A stretch of 64,000 nucleotides of DNA, from NCBI GenBank assembly GCA_965153455.1, contig OZ234493.1, forward strand, positions 15,676,213-15,740,212, written 5' to 3'. Position 1 is the first letter of the stretch. The number at the start of each line of letters is the position of its first letter. Of the stretch, positions 37,400 through 51,200 are shown piece by piece. Position numbers and translations under genes: made by a program. The notes beneath the pieces are model-generated. The model was not told the DNA's origin. It saw only the letters and a program-made list of their open reading frames with translations, and did not search any database. The stretch comes from Sphagnum compactum. Lineage: Eukaryota.

Positions 37400-40300
37400 C
37401 ACCTTGTTTTGCTTCTTCGCTTCAATCATGTTAACACAGTCATGACCTCACCCTTTGAAATAGCTGTTTTCACATCATTGTGCACCAGTTGCCAGGTTGC
37501 AAGCACCTTCCAGCATGCAACTATGCCATGGTCACTATCACAATCAGACAGCAGAAAACCCATAATCCAGCAATGAACCTGTGTGTCACCTTGTCAGCCG
37601 ATTTCCGAGGATACCAGCAAATGCAAACTAAAAGTTTTCTGTTCAGCTTAGTTACAGTCTCTGGGTTCTGTTTCTGTACACAACCAGTAACTAAAGGCAT
37701 GAATGCTGAACCGGTTTTGGAACAGGAAAAAATCATTACACGAGTTCCAGCTGATTGGGTGCTGAGGTCTGAACAACTCACTGAGTTTCAGGATACACTT
37801 AGCTTGCTAAGTGGTAACATTACTCACCTTAGTGGCAACAATTGCCAATGGTTCATCATAGCATCCAGAGTTGATCTTCCTGATTTCAAATGTTGGGTGC
37901 ACTAAATTCCACACACTGATCAACACACTTTGTTGGCACAAGTGGGCAACTGTCATTTGGAAAAGCCTCAAGTGTCAAGAGAAGCTTGAGAATGTGTTAA
38001 TGACTTGCTGAATAGCTGCTTAACATCAGCAGAAGTCCACGCTCCAACATGACAGCCATGGAGGATCATGGACTCACAATCATTGAATCCTTTGTCGAAA
38101 ACTGGTGATGTGGCTCTTTTCATTGCTAAAATCTCTACACGCTTCAGGGACCTTTCTGACATCACTTGGGCCAAATCATTGCTCAGAGAAGATGTCCTCA
38201 GATATGGTGATCTTTTGAACTGGCCCAAATAGTTGGAAACAATCTTCTTCCTCCTCTGCAGTGTCTCCTGTGCATACTTGGTTGTCAACTTCTCAACATT
38301 GCCCTCCTTTGACCTCCTTCACACACAGATTGTTAATATGACCGATGTTCAGCTTTTCCTCTAAGAGTCCGACATATTTTAAGACAAACAAGAACTTTAG
38401 CACCCTCACAATCACATATCCCTGTGAATTTGATAACAGGAAATGTGTGGACAGAGATATAGAACTGTACACTCCTTTTAAGCCAGTAGCTTACTATAGA
38501 GCTCTAGGTTCCATGGCATACTGTTGGAACAGAAAATGCACTTTCACAAGAATTGTTCAATGCTTGACCCTTGGTTGGACAACCACATAGTCTTGAGTAT
38601 TCATCATATTCTGTCATGGAATCACACATCTGCAAAAGCTCATACTCCTGGAAAGAGCCTAGTTCTCACCTGATTTGTTCTTCTTGGCCACCAGTGCAAG
38701 GATTCTGCAAACACTGAATCAACATGCTCTTGTTCAGCTTCATCTTATGTGACTCTCTTACAACTCAATGCTTAACTTGTGACATTGGCGTGCCAAAAAT
38801 TGGAAACCAAGGCATGAGTGATGAAGTAGTTAAAAGGAAATGTGCTTAGAATATGAGGTCCTGCTTGCATGCTGACATCTGAATACCATCAGATTTTATG
38901 AGATGCACTTAGAGCCTGCTTTCTCTGGTATTCCTCACCTTACCGGCAAGAGGCATAATTGGTTGAACTTTGTTGTCACATCCTTGGTAGTTGGTCTTGC
39001 TGGTTGGGAACTTGGAACCAGTTTCTCTTTCAAGGTTCACATTCCCATCAATGAAATCAACTGCTGGGTGCAAACAGGCAGGAGCAGGCTCAAGGCATGG
39101 TTGCCAGGGTGTTAATAATTCCAGGCTCTTAACATCAGAAGCAGTCCATGCTCCAGCATGATAACCATGGAGTATCATGGACCCAAAATTGTGGAATGGT
39201 TTGTCTAAAACCAAGGCATCCTTTGCTGTAAAACTTGTCTCTGCTGAAATCTCTCCACACTGTTTGGACCCTGCTGGCACCACCTTAGCCAAATCCTTGC
39301 TGATCAGGTGAGAACCTATCTCTTGTTCATACTCTGCTGTCAGCTTCTCGATCAGGTCTCCAGTTTCACATCTTCACAAACAATTAAATTCCATGCAACT
39401 GATGTTCAGCTCTTCATCTGGACAACCCTCTGTTCCAGAAGGGCCCAAGCATCCTAGAATGGAGACTTTACAACCCCAGATTTGTTGTTATAAATAGGAA
39501 CAAAATTGAAATCAGCATATTATCCTACATTACTGAAGCTTCTTGCAGAGCACTTAGATCCTGGTTGGTGTCATAAGGGGACAAATGCACTATTGGATAA
39601 TATTTTATGCACCTGATTTCAAATTGATCCTAGAACCAGGATTCATCAAGTTTACTCTGTAATGCTCATGTTCAGACATCCCAAGACCTAAAACCCAAGC
39701 GAACTCAGATCTCACCTTTCTGGCTCTTTGTCTTGTCCACCACTGCCTGGATCCTGTAAAAAATTCTGTGAACACCCCGTTCTCAAATTTTCAGCTAAAT
39801 TTTGTTTGAGCTCAATTCTTTGGTCATGTTTGGCATGCTTAAGCTGCGTTCTGCTCGCATCCCCAAATGTGTAATATGATGAAAAATCGATTGAAACAGG
39901 CATTTGCGTCTAAGTGCATGAGATCTCATTTGCATACTGTGGCTAGAATCCCATCATACTCTACACCTGAGCTTCCAGCCTACTATGATTACTCACCCCA
40001 CTGGCAACAGCAGTCACTGGTTCATCTTCATCACTACATCCTTCGTAGACGATCTTCCTAATGGGCAACTTGGAACCAATTTCTTGGAAAGATTCTCCCA
40101 TGTCTTGCTTTCTTGAAGCTTTCCGACAATCCAGTAAGGACTCCCCTTGAACTTGCAGACTTTTTGATCCCTCAGCAGCAGCAGCGATGATCCCTGCAGC
40201 TCCATCACTTTCCCCTAACTCATTGATGTGCGCCGCACGAGATTTCAGATTTCGACGACAACTCGATGCATCTGAATCGCATAAAACAACCGTCCTGAGT

Positions 40301-41180
40301 AAATTTCCGCTGACACCAGGATCGACCTCCACTGTACACTGACTTGGCATCGTCACCGTCGGTGACCGCATGGAACAGTCCATAGAGATTGACGACAGCG
40401 TGGAAGACTGCAATAACACATTCATGGAAGCTCAACTTCAGTTACATTCAAGGTTCACCGCTCGCTACATTTCACAGTTCTGATGTTCAAGATGTTTTGA
40501 AATTTCTGATATGCATGCGCGCGCACTGCGACTTTCATATGGAATCTGGATCAACGATGCAAGGACCTCCAAGTGCGAATTTCCGTATCTTCCATTTAGA
40601 AACACGACAAAAAATGCTGCTATTGTTCAAAGGCCGCAAGTCTATGACATAATAGACTTGTGGCTTTCGTTATTATGCTTCTTAGATATAGTCATGCGAC
40701 TGTTCGCTGTTCCGATCTAGCATTCCGGAAACGAAGACTCTGGTAATAGGCGTCTTCGAGCTCAGCGTCGATATAAGGAAGCTCAAACTGTTCCGATCTA
40801 CCATTCCGGAAACGAAAACTCTGGTAATAAGCCAGCTTCGAGCTTGTTGTCGATCCATATCAATCAAGGAAGCTCCGAACCAGACCTCGTAGGCAATAAT
40901 ATAACGTCCAAGAAGCAAATCGGAAGCCGTAAATTGCTCTATTGTGGAAGTCTCCTGCCCATATTTGTGGACTGCTCTATTATTATTGTAGAAGCCAAAT
41001 TATTGATCTGCGTTCTTCTTGAAAATGCAAAGCAAGGTTCAGGATAGGTACGTTCAGGAGGACAGAAAGAGCCTCCGCCATGAACTCGTTGGTCTTGTTG
41101 GCTGGAATGCCATGTTTTTTGCACAAATGCTGCAGTTGTCGTCGAGGAAGCGCTCTGTAAATATCTACTTGATTCCTCAT
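37400..41180 (-). pseudogene. Probably decayed gene with SAP/HeH-like N-terminal motif and internally duplicated modules
   Basis: Exon 41180-41052 reads MRNQVDIYRALPRRQLQHLCKKHGIPANKTNEFMAEALSVLLN (plant RRxLQxLCKKxxIPANxTN..MAxAL motif). Downstream coding-like blocks (39961-40425, 38909-39292, 37968-38288) are interrupted by stops. The 3' limit is approximate. Confidence 0.45.
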
Positions 41181-42211
41181 GGCGGCTATACGCTGTGGGG
41201 TAAAACTCCGGACACTCCGGATTCTTGGACACTAAAATCAAAGCCGCTTGGATCGCTTCGTCGATTTTCTTGCCGCGAGAAAACCGTCCGAACACATGGA
41301 AACCAAAATGAGCAAAACAGTTGCAAATTATTACAATGAAAAAATTGTCCTATGCCAACTACTTACGTGCTTAATGAAATCTTCCGTGGATCCGGCCCTG
41401 AGATTGTGCGATGCAGATCACCGCAGGGCTACTTACCTTACAAGTGCAGGCCGCGCGTAGTGCATGATGATATCGACGATAACATGGCGATCATGGCTCG
41501 GATCACCAGAACTTTGTTCACAAGACGAATTTTCAAGTTGCAACGCCGATTTCTTTTCTTCTGTGCAGCAGCAGAGAATAAAAAATAGAACTCAAATTGA
41601 TCATAGGATCGATACAACTTGAAGCTTCAGTGATCTTCAGACTGGAAGGCTTGGGATTGCACCATCGCTGTGACCTTGAGAGAGTGGAAAGGGGCATCAC
41701 GTCCGCACAGGGAGCGTCGACAGCGGAGGATATACACTGCAATGGTACATGCTTGAAATCTACCCGTATCGTAGATATGGCCTTGTATACTGATAAGGAC
41801 ATTACAAAGACGGCCATGACATTACATGAAATAGAATTTGCATGTTTTTTTTTTTTTCCTACAAAATTTATGGAAATTTTATTGAAAGAAGCCAGGGTCA
41901 CTTTCAATATGGAATTGGCCTGGCAGAGCCTGTTCCACCCAGCGAGCCATCATTCCAGTAGGTGATAGTGAATTCTTTTGAGACCTATTCCAAAGAATAA
42001 CCAATTTTTTTATAAATCATTAATTCACATTTCAAGTGCCTTTATCCATCATTAAAACTGGCAATGACAACACCAAAAATAAAGCTAATAAATAGTTGCT
42101 TATCTTGTCTAGGAAATGTGTATAATAAAAGTGCTTGAATAGGACAGAGAAATTGGTTTACAATCAATAAACATGTATAAATTGTTTAATATTGAAATTG
42201 GACTTTGAGTA

Positions 42212-42558
42212 TCTACTATATTAATTTAGTAAGTTTGTCTATGCGTCTGTCTGACACGACAATTTTGCTGCAATTCTATGGTAGAATCGGTCTCTGCATT
42301 TTTTATGGCAGAACCGGACAATGCATTTTCTATGACAAGGCTTGGTAACGGGGCGGGAGGGGGGCCAGCACGGGGCAAGAAGTTAATTATATATAACAGG
42401 AGAACGGGGGGGGGGGGGGATCAACGAGTTAAAGAATCGAAGTGGAAAATGCGAAGGACGAGGGGGGGGGTCGACGAGGTAAAAAACCGGAGTGGATAAT
42501 GGGAAGGATCGGGCGGGGGGGAGCTCGACGGGTGCATTATGCACCGGGTTCACACTAG
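42212..42558 (+). mobile_element. Non-autonomous Helitron A (347 bp)
   Basis: A|TCTACTATATTAA 5' end. 3' hairpin GGTGCA-tta-TGCACC followed by CACACTAG|T. Inserted between A and T with no TSD. Confidence 0.88.
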
Positions 42559-42989
42559 TGGTAAATAATTTATCTCAAATAAAAGAGCTTGAAATGCCGT
42601 TCATCCTTCATTTACTTCACATTGGAGCATTGATTGTCTTTTTTTTTGAATTTTTTTGGAAATATTTTTAAACTCTTGATTGAGAGCTAATCGAGAGCTT
42701 TTCCCTCCTTATAAGATAAGATTTGACTCTTTCATGGGAGATTTCAATGAGTTTTTGTGCTAGCATTATGTTGGAAGGTCACCCATTTCAATTTTTTACA
42801 AACTTAAAATGTTTAATTTCGAAGTTCATAGCAAAGTGTAGTGTGCGGATTCTACCTAGGTCACACCTTCCTTTTCGGTGGTTGTGGGCTTAATTGACAA
42901 TGAAGCTAAACTTGAGAGTACCTACAATGAACACCAATTTAAAAGTAGGGGCCATTATAGTGAGTTATTTTATAGATATTCAATATGCA

Positions 42990-43814
42990 TCTTATATATA
43001 AAAGCAAACGTGGTGTGTGTGTGTGTGTGTGTGTGTCTGTCTTAAACCCCTAAACCACATCCCCAAGAAGAAGAAGAAAAACAAGACGAGATCTTGAAAC
43101 GAGCGAGGTCCTCAAAACCTTCGAGGACCTGAACCGAGGTGGCCAGAATCCTCGGTAAAAGATCTGAATCGAGATTCTAAGTACCCGGTCCAAACCTCGA
43201 GACGGACCTGAAACGAGATTCCCAAAAAGAAAACCCGTCGTTGGGGACCTGAAACGAGGTCCTCAGAGAGAAAACCCGTCGTTAGGGTCCTAAAACGAGG
43301 TCCTCAGAGAGGCAAAAAAAAATAGCGGCCAGGGCAGCTGCTGCGGGGGGCCGGGCGAGGTGCCACGGGTGGCTGGAGTGGTCAAACAGGGCAGGGCAGG
43401 GGCAGGGCAGGGCAGGGCGGCCAGGGCAGACACCCGCCCACTGGACCTGCTGGCGGCCCGCAGCAATAGCCCGTTGATTTGTGGCCCCATTTGGACCAAT
43501 CAGATGGTTGTGTGAGAGGCGAATCCGCGCAGTCCGTCTGTCTGTGACGGGGGTTTTGGGGGGTGGGGGAGGGAGAGGCCGGTGAAACAGCGGGTGACAG
43601 GGCTTGGTAACAGGGCGGGGGGGGCCAGCACGGGGCGGGGAGTTAATATTATATAACAGGGGAAAGGGGGGGGGATCAACGAGTTAAAGAATCGGAGTGG
43701 AAAATGCGAAGGACGGGGGGGGGGGGTCGACGGGATAAAGAACCGGAGTGGGCAATGGGAAGGACCGGGCGGGGGGGAGCTCGACGGGTGCATTATGCAC
43801 CGGGTTCACACTAG
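42990..43814 (+). mobile_element. Non-autonomous Helitron B (825 bp)
   Basis: A|TCTTATATATAAAAG 5' end, (GT)n microsatellite, ~42-bp tandem repeats (gacctgaaacgaggtcctc...) and a GC-rich core. Same 3' hairpin and CTAG|T as Helitron A. Confidence 0.88.
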
Positions 43815-44935
43815 TCATAAAGAAATGAATGAGTCGCATCTAACTATTGAATGACATACAACCCAGTTACATCCATGGATGAATTTCTTGTCACCATCTA
43901 ACGATATATGTCTATGGATCACATTTCATCCACCTTGCACTGTCAAGGTGCGTCTCCTCCAAATTTCTTGTTACAAGTTGCCATTGGAATTATTTTGAAA
44001 TGGGAGGATTTGGAGAAACAATCTAACACGTGTTTATATATTTAATAATTCCTAGCAGTTCAAAAGTGTTAAATGAAACCCATATGATTCACAAGAATTT
44101 AATTTCTTTGGAGAATGCATGTCAAACTTCTTTTGCAATGTATTGAGTGTGTTCATTTGTATGGCCCTCTCACATGAAAAAATGAACCAACATTTCATTA
44201 TAAAACATAGTTGATATGTTTTTGAAGTGTATATTGGGGTTGCTCACTTGCTTCAAGATTGACTATGTAGAAGCTCTTCAAATAATTTTGACATGTGGAA
44301 GTTACCTTTGATTTGGTAGGAGTTAAAATGGCATCCAACCTATCCTTGTACTTAGAAGCTCCTTCTTGAACAAGTTATTTTTAAAAGTCTCTTCAAGATA
44401 AAAAAATAAATCTATTCAATCTTGGTACTTGTAGAATGGAACAACAATATCATCATTTTTATGAACATACTATTTAAGAGACAAACACCATCTTTAAGAA
44501 CATGCAAAGAATAATCACCATCATCGATTTTAAGGACATGAAAAAAAAACACCATCATCTTCATCCATTCTAATATTTGTACAATGATATTGTATCCATT
44601 TATAAAAACAACAACAACAATTTTGTTCATGGTCTTATGTCAATTTCTAGAAATAGAACCAATAGACACATTGTTAGGAAAAGGAACAATAGTAACTCTA
44701 AAATTTGAAATAGTAGAAGCATGAGCAAAATGAACACCAACTACAACACCAACATATTGATTTTGGCGGAGGTGCATAGTGTATTTTCAAGGTGCAATAC
44801 AAGGCACAATCCCCTTGCCAATTTGGAGCAAGAGGTTCTTAAAAAGAAAACAAGAAAGTTTTTAGTAAGCTAATTTAGGCCATTGTTATTGTGCAAGGAA
44901 AGTTTGTGTACGTGCATATGGACCTTTGCCCATAA

Positions 44936-45034
44936 TGCAAGGGAAAGCACTCTTGTTAATGCTTTTCACCTTGTACCTTGGGCTCTACCCTCGTTACAAG
45001 GTGAAAGACATTGACAACAATGCCTTCCCTTATA
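44936..45034. repeat. ~100-bp fold-back element (imperfect ~37-bp inverted repeat)
   Basis: aagggaaagcactcttgttaatgcttttcaccttgta ... tacaaggtgaaagacattgacaacaatgccttccctt. Confidence 0.75.
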
Positions 45035-46394
45035 CAAAAACAACAACAAATGTAACATCAATAGCTCCATCAACAATTACATGTTTTCCAGTATGAAGCA
45101 TAAGGTGTAAATCGTTGAAAACAAAAAATATTTTGTTCGACAAAAACAAAAGTCTAGATAAAAATGACCAAACAAATTTCAAATCTAAAATCCTAAAACA
45201 AAATATTATAAAATATGAACCTCACATGCTTGTTTAGGTCCTTTAACATTTCCTTGGAAAACATTGTTTTGGTCCTTCATTTTCTTCTCACACAAAAGCT
45301 GTTTCTTTTTTTCTTAAAAACAAAATGATAGCCCTTTAATATTCTATTAGATCTTTAAATTGGGCAAGGAACTCAAAAGATGTTTTAGGAATCTCAAGGC
45401 CACACTTGGTTCCCGCCTGACACCAAGCCCACAATCCTAGTATAACATTATTTGAAATCCTTACCCTACACATAATAAGCTTTCTCTTACTCCTAAATAA
45501 CACAAATAAGATTCCGCCTTTTTTTCTTTTATTGGAGGGATTTTACAAACATAAGGTGACTTCCAAATCCATTGGGATTTTTTTTTAAATGTTTTATGGA
45601 CACAAAAAGTGCCTTACATGCCTTACATTTCCCCAATGTAAATTATGAAATAACTATGAAAAATTGAAGTTATTACTTGGTATGTTGTGTTACAAATGTT
45701 GGTAGGTTTTCTAGAACAAGGAGGTCATTCCGCTACTTTTGCCTTAGGTTCTAAGGACTAGAGGTTCCCAATTTTGCCAAAATTGGAATGGAACCCAAAT
45801 TTTATTAGTGCCTTCTTATTGAAATTGGAATGGGCACCTAGATTGAATTGATGTCCAATTTTGAGAAGGTCCAAATTCTCTAGCTAGAAAAGTATAAGTT
45901 ATTTGAAAGAGCGAAATCTAAACCATGCATTTCAAGCAAAGTTGTCACTTTGAATTGGTTGGAAATAATGAAGAGTACACAATTGTTCATTTTGAGATTT
46001 GTGCATCTATTGGACAAGAGTAGTATTACACAATTGCTTTTGTTTTAGTCGCATGTGTGTAAGGTTATTGAAGTTGGACTTGATCTTAAACAAGACTGGT
46101 AGGCTCCAAATTTTGAGGGTAATCTCGAAAATCAAAAGCATATTGAAAATCAATTTCAGAATCGCTCTAAATGTTCTATCAAACAAAGGAAAAAAAGTTC
46201 CAAACTAGAACCAAAGGATGTCTCAAAAAATCAAGAATCAAACAAAATTGGTTTAGAGATAACATATTTGGTAGAAACGTATCCCTATATGAGCGGGTAT
46301 CAAATGGGTCTTTATGGGTTTCTACAAAGTTTAATACTAGGGAAGGTAGGGTATGTACTTTGTACCTGGTTCTCATTGGATGTGTCAATGAGGG

Positions 46395-47422
46395 CTGGGT
46401 CCTTACCTAACTCTTTGTCAGATGACTACTACTAAGTCATCCATTAAAGGATACTTGATCATCCACAAAGCGTATTAATCATCCATGAAAGCTACTTAAT
46501 CATCCATGAATGCAACACAACCCACCCATGAGTCCATTTGTGCAACCCGCATGGGAGAAGGGCAGGTTCATTGAGGGTTCCATTTTTCTCAGGCATGGGA
46601 ACAAGGATGGGAACAAGGATGGGATCCTTACCTAACACTTTATGAACTTTGTCACACAAAAATAAAAGACCTCCAACATCTTAATCATCCATAAAGTCTA
46701 ATTTAATCATCCATGAAGGCTCCTTGATCTTCCACATAGCCTTATTTAATCATCCATGAATGCTACTTAATCATCCGTGAGATCATTGATGCAACTGGGT
46801 GTGGAGAAGGGCGGGTCCATTGAAGCTTCCATTGTTCTCAGGCATGGGAACAAGGGCAGAATCCTTACCTAACACTTTATGGACTTTGTCACATCAAAGT
46901 TACAAAAAAAACCTCCAACTCCTAAAATCATCCATAAAGGCTACTTGATCATCCTCAAAGACTTATTAATCATCCATGAACATGACTTAAAGTCATCCAT
47001 AAGTCCAGCCATGCAACTGGCATTGGAGGAGGTTCAATGGGGCTTTCAATGGGCTAACTCCTCCAATGCCCAATAATAAATCATCTATAAGAGGCTAACT
47101 TAATAATCCACAAAGGCTAATTATTCATCTATGAAAGGCAACATAGTCATCCATGAATGCTACTTTATTCATCCATGAATGCTACTTAATCATCCATAAG
47201 TCCATTCATGCAATTGGCAGGTCCATTGAGTCTTCCAATGTTCTGGGGCATGGGATCCTTTACCCAACACTTTATGGACTTTGTCACACAAAAGTAAATA
47301 GGGGAAAAAAAAACCTCCAACTACTAAATCATCCATCTAAAGGCTAACTTGACCATCCACAATGCCTTATTAATCATCCATGAAAGCTACTTAGTCATCC
47401 ATAATTGCGACTTAATCATCCA
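46395..47422. repeat. Higher-order tandem repeat built on ttaatcatccatgaa-gctac monomers
   Basis: More than 15 aatcatcca(t/c) units. The larger unit tccttacctaacactttatg-actttgtcaca recurs at ~46400, 46625, 46862 and 47256. Confidence 0.85.
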
Positions 47423-48200
47423 CGGGCAGCGGTGACCGTGTCTTCTTCCCCCCTTTCCCCCTTGTCTGTCGCTGGCACGCGCTGCGAGCAGGTGTGCAGA
47501 AAAACAAAGGAAGAAGTGTTGCAGTGGCGCTTTGCTCCGACCTCCGACGTCCCTGTTTTCTGAGCTTTCGTCTCCGGAACATCGAAGGCTGCTGCTACCT
47601 TCGTGTGTCCAAGGTATTGTGCTCATCTTTCACAGGACTTTTTTTTTGTTTTTTGGTTTTTTGGTAAAGGTTTTTTTTTTTTTTTTTTTTTTGTTTGTGT
47701 TGTGCACGTCGGTTGGTTTCTAGTCGCTTTTGGTTCTAGTATATAAGTCCCTCTCTGGTAGAGCTTTGCAAAGGCTCCAAGAATAGGCGGAGTGAAGGGG
47801 ATGTTTTTCTGCTGTTGTAAGAAAACGGGTTTTGCTTCTGTTTCTCATTGAGCTCTGGTATTATATTGACCTCCTTGTTGGCGTTCATTGTTTTCGGCTG
47901 TGCAGCTAGAAGTTAGGGTTTGTAAAGCTGAGAACCCTGGGAGGGTTTTTTTTCCCTCTCCTTTTTCTATCTGTATTAGGAGATTGCGGGAAATTTTTGT
48001 TGCAAGTTTTTGAGCGTGTTTTTTTCTGTTTTTGGTTGATAATTGTCCAATTCAGGCCTGGTTGTTTGAAGTATGCAGCGTTTTTAGGGTTTGAAGGGGT
48101 CGATGCCACTTTCTTTCTTTGAAGAAGCTTCTGCACCGCTGAGTTTTCTTTGATGCTGGATTTACCTGGAAGTTGCTAGCATCCAGAAGCAGCAGACGCC

Positions 48201-51200
48201 ATGTCGGATTTGGATAGGCAGATAGAACAGCTGAAGCGCTGTGAGCCACTCAAAGAATCAGAAGTTAAAGCTCTATGCCTTAAGGCAATAGAGATTCTTG
48301 TGGAGGAGAGCAATGTGCAGAGAGTTGATGCACCAGTGACTGTAAGTTTTTTCTTTTTCCTTCCACTCCAGGTCCACCTCTTTCTCTCTGACAGAAGTGG
48401 ATAGCTCTAGATGTTCATTGCCAACAAATTTACCAGACAAGCTCAGACTCATGTTATCAGATACTGTAATGAAAGGATTTCACTTGATATGCACGGACAC
48501 TGGTTACACCTTGCCATGTTCACTGGTGGATATGGAGGTATCCTGTTGGAACCAAGAAAGGGGAATGTGCTTGTTATCTGTCTTATTCACTGTGATTGGG
48601 TAGAGTCTTGTTATCAATCCACTTCCATGCTAGGCAGCCTGCATACATGAATGTTAACAAGGGCTGACTGATTTTGAGAGAACATGTGTTGTATATAATA
48701 TTTCTTTTCCTTGTTTTTGGTTTCAATGGGCCTTCTTTCCAGTGCTTTGTTTAGAAAGAACATATGGAGAGTTGTGATCACTACTGATGGGCATAAAATT
48801 TTCTTGTAGAGTATGGAGAAATGTTTGTTTGATTGCAATCACTGGGGGGTCAATCCTGGAGCAATACAGGTTAGAGCTTATGTTTTGTCATGGTTTTCTG
48901 CAGTTATGTGGTGATATTCATGGGCAATTCTATGACCTAAAAGAGCTTTTCAGGGTGGGAGGAGATTGCCCTCAAACCAATTACTTGTTTCTAGGTGACT
49001 TTGTCGACAGAGGGTTTTATTCAGTGGAGACATTCTTGTTATTGCTTGCCCTCAAGGTACTGCTGTCCTATTTGTTTTTCAGTCTGCCTCACTATTGTCT
49101 TCTTATGCTCTCTTGATCAACGTTTCTGTCAAAGTTTCATTATGGAGTTTCCTCTGCAATCTCAGAGGTTTGTTACTTTTGATCATCTCACTGAACTACA
49201 TTACATTCGATGGTAGTGCAATAGTGTGACAGTACTTGGCAGGCAGTGTTACTCCACAATTATGTGACAATATGTTATTCCATGTCCTACTTGAAAGGTT
49301 TTCATTGTCATGTTGTGGGAGATTTGTGGATGAATCGCTGGATCTGAACACATAATGTCCTTGCAGTTTGTGCAAATATTTCTCAGTCTTGTTGACAATT
49401 GCTTGGGCCATTATTGGCTTCTGTGTTGTTGATGCAGGTGCGATATCCAGACCGAATAACACTTATTCGTGGCAATCATGAGAGTCGTCAAATTACTCAG
49501 GTATTTCACAATATTGGTTTATAGTGTTTAGCCATCTGGTGTCGTGGATGGTGTTTCAAGTGTGCTTCTGAAGTTTCAGTTCATGTAATGTATGAGGGAT
49601 TTTGTAATCCACAAAGAGTGCAGCAGAGGTTCAATCAGCAATGCTATTGGTAGATTATTTCAGATTACCAGTATCGGTAGCACTATTATTTTTTTCTGTA
49701 GCTTGTTTAATAGGGATTACTTGCATCAGTTGCTCATGAGAAAACACTCTGGCAGGTGTATGGTTTTTATGATGAGTGCCTACGGAAGTATGGTTCAGTT
49801 AATGTGTGGCGGTACTGTACTGACATCTTTGATTATTTAAGGTTTGCAAATTTCCTCTCACATTCTTCAGACTTGTGAATGGTGTTTTCAAGGACAGTCA
49901 CATTGCAGATACAACAAGAGAAGTTTTGTGCATTGGTTGTTGGCTGTTGTGAGGTTTTTTGGTAATTCATTAAGTTCATTGTAAGGTCAGAAGTTTCAAA
50001 CTAACCCAGTCTACTTGACTTGTGAGTCACATTAATGGGTTTTTTTGTTGCCTGTGTGGGCAGTCTTTCTGCACTGATCGACAACCGCATTTTTAGTGTT
50101 CATGGCGGTCTTTCTCCCTCCATAACAACCTTGGATCAGGTGTGATTGTTATTGAGGTTTGGGATGTTGGACACTGTTTCCTTTGCCGCTGCAATATTAT
50201 TATGTACACTCATAATTAGATTCTACAATACCTTTGCTTTCATGCTCTCAGCTTGGATTTCACTTCCACCTTTCTGCTCTCTGAAAGATGTGTTGCTGGC
50301 TCTTCATGACAGTTGTTACAAGAAACCACATTTGGTTTCTCAATCTCTTGAATCCTCTTTTCTGCAGATGTGTGGGTTGGGAGTTGTGTAGATGATGGTG
50401 TATGCAAGTGCCTAGTTTGATAATTGACCTGATAGGTTGATTCATGGCAATCTCCATCACTTTATAGCACTGTCTTACAATACATATATCGATAAATAGT
50501 TGAAAAAGAGGCTCCATGTTGGGATGGCAAAGGTTTTAACAGAGGTTTTATAGATGTGTGCACAGGCACAGTTAGATTAGAGCACCTTCACCTTGCACCT
50601 TCACATGGACTAACTGAAGGTTTTGGTGAAGCAGATCAGGACAATTGATCGAAAGCAAGAAGTGCCCCACGATGGGGCCATGTGTGACCTTTTGTGGTCA
50701 GATCCCGAAGAGATAGAGGGTTGGGGGGTGAGTCCACGAGGAGCAGGCTATTTATTTGGGGGCAATGTTGCAACTACATTCAACCACAAGAACAACATAG
50801 AAACAATCTGTCGTGCACATCAACTGGTAATGGAAGGTTATAAGTGGATGTTCAACAATCAAGTTGTTACTGTTTGGTCAGCTCCAAATTATTGCTACAG
50901 GTAATATTGCACAGACTCAGGACTCTCACTGAAGATCACATTTTCAGTTCTTTCACTTTCTCAGTCAGAGGTGATACTGGTTTTGCTTGTGACGTCAAGA
51001 TTATCACAAATGGAGTATGACATGCTTTCTGAGACCCCTGAAGTTGAGAGATCTGTCTGTACTCAAAAACATAAACATTTGATTCCACAATTGTATCATT
51101 TATGAATGTAGGTGGCACATGTCATCATTGATAGGTGATATGTGTCATATGTGTCATTTGTGAATGCTGTTCTTGAGAATGCTCTAAAGACACATTCTCA

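Noticed and set aside
43100-43310. CRISPR-like spaced repeats
   Set aside because: Eukaryotic DNA; the intervening sequences are themselves repeated and lie inside a Helitron.
49134-49165. Short match atggagtttcctct shared by PP4 introns 2 and 6 (51688)
   Set aside because: Only ~14-25 bp and flanks align poorly; too weak to call.
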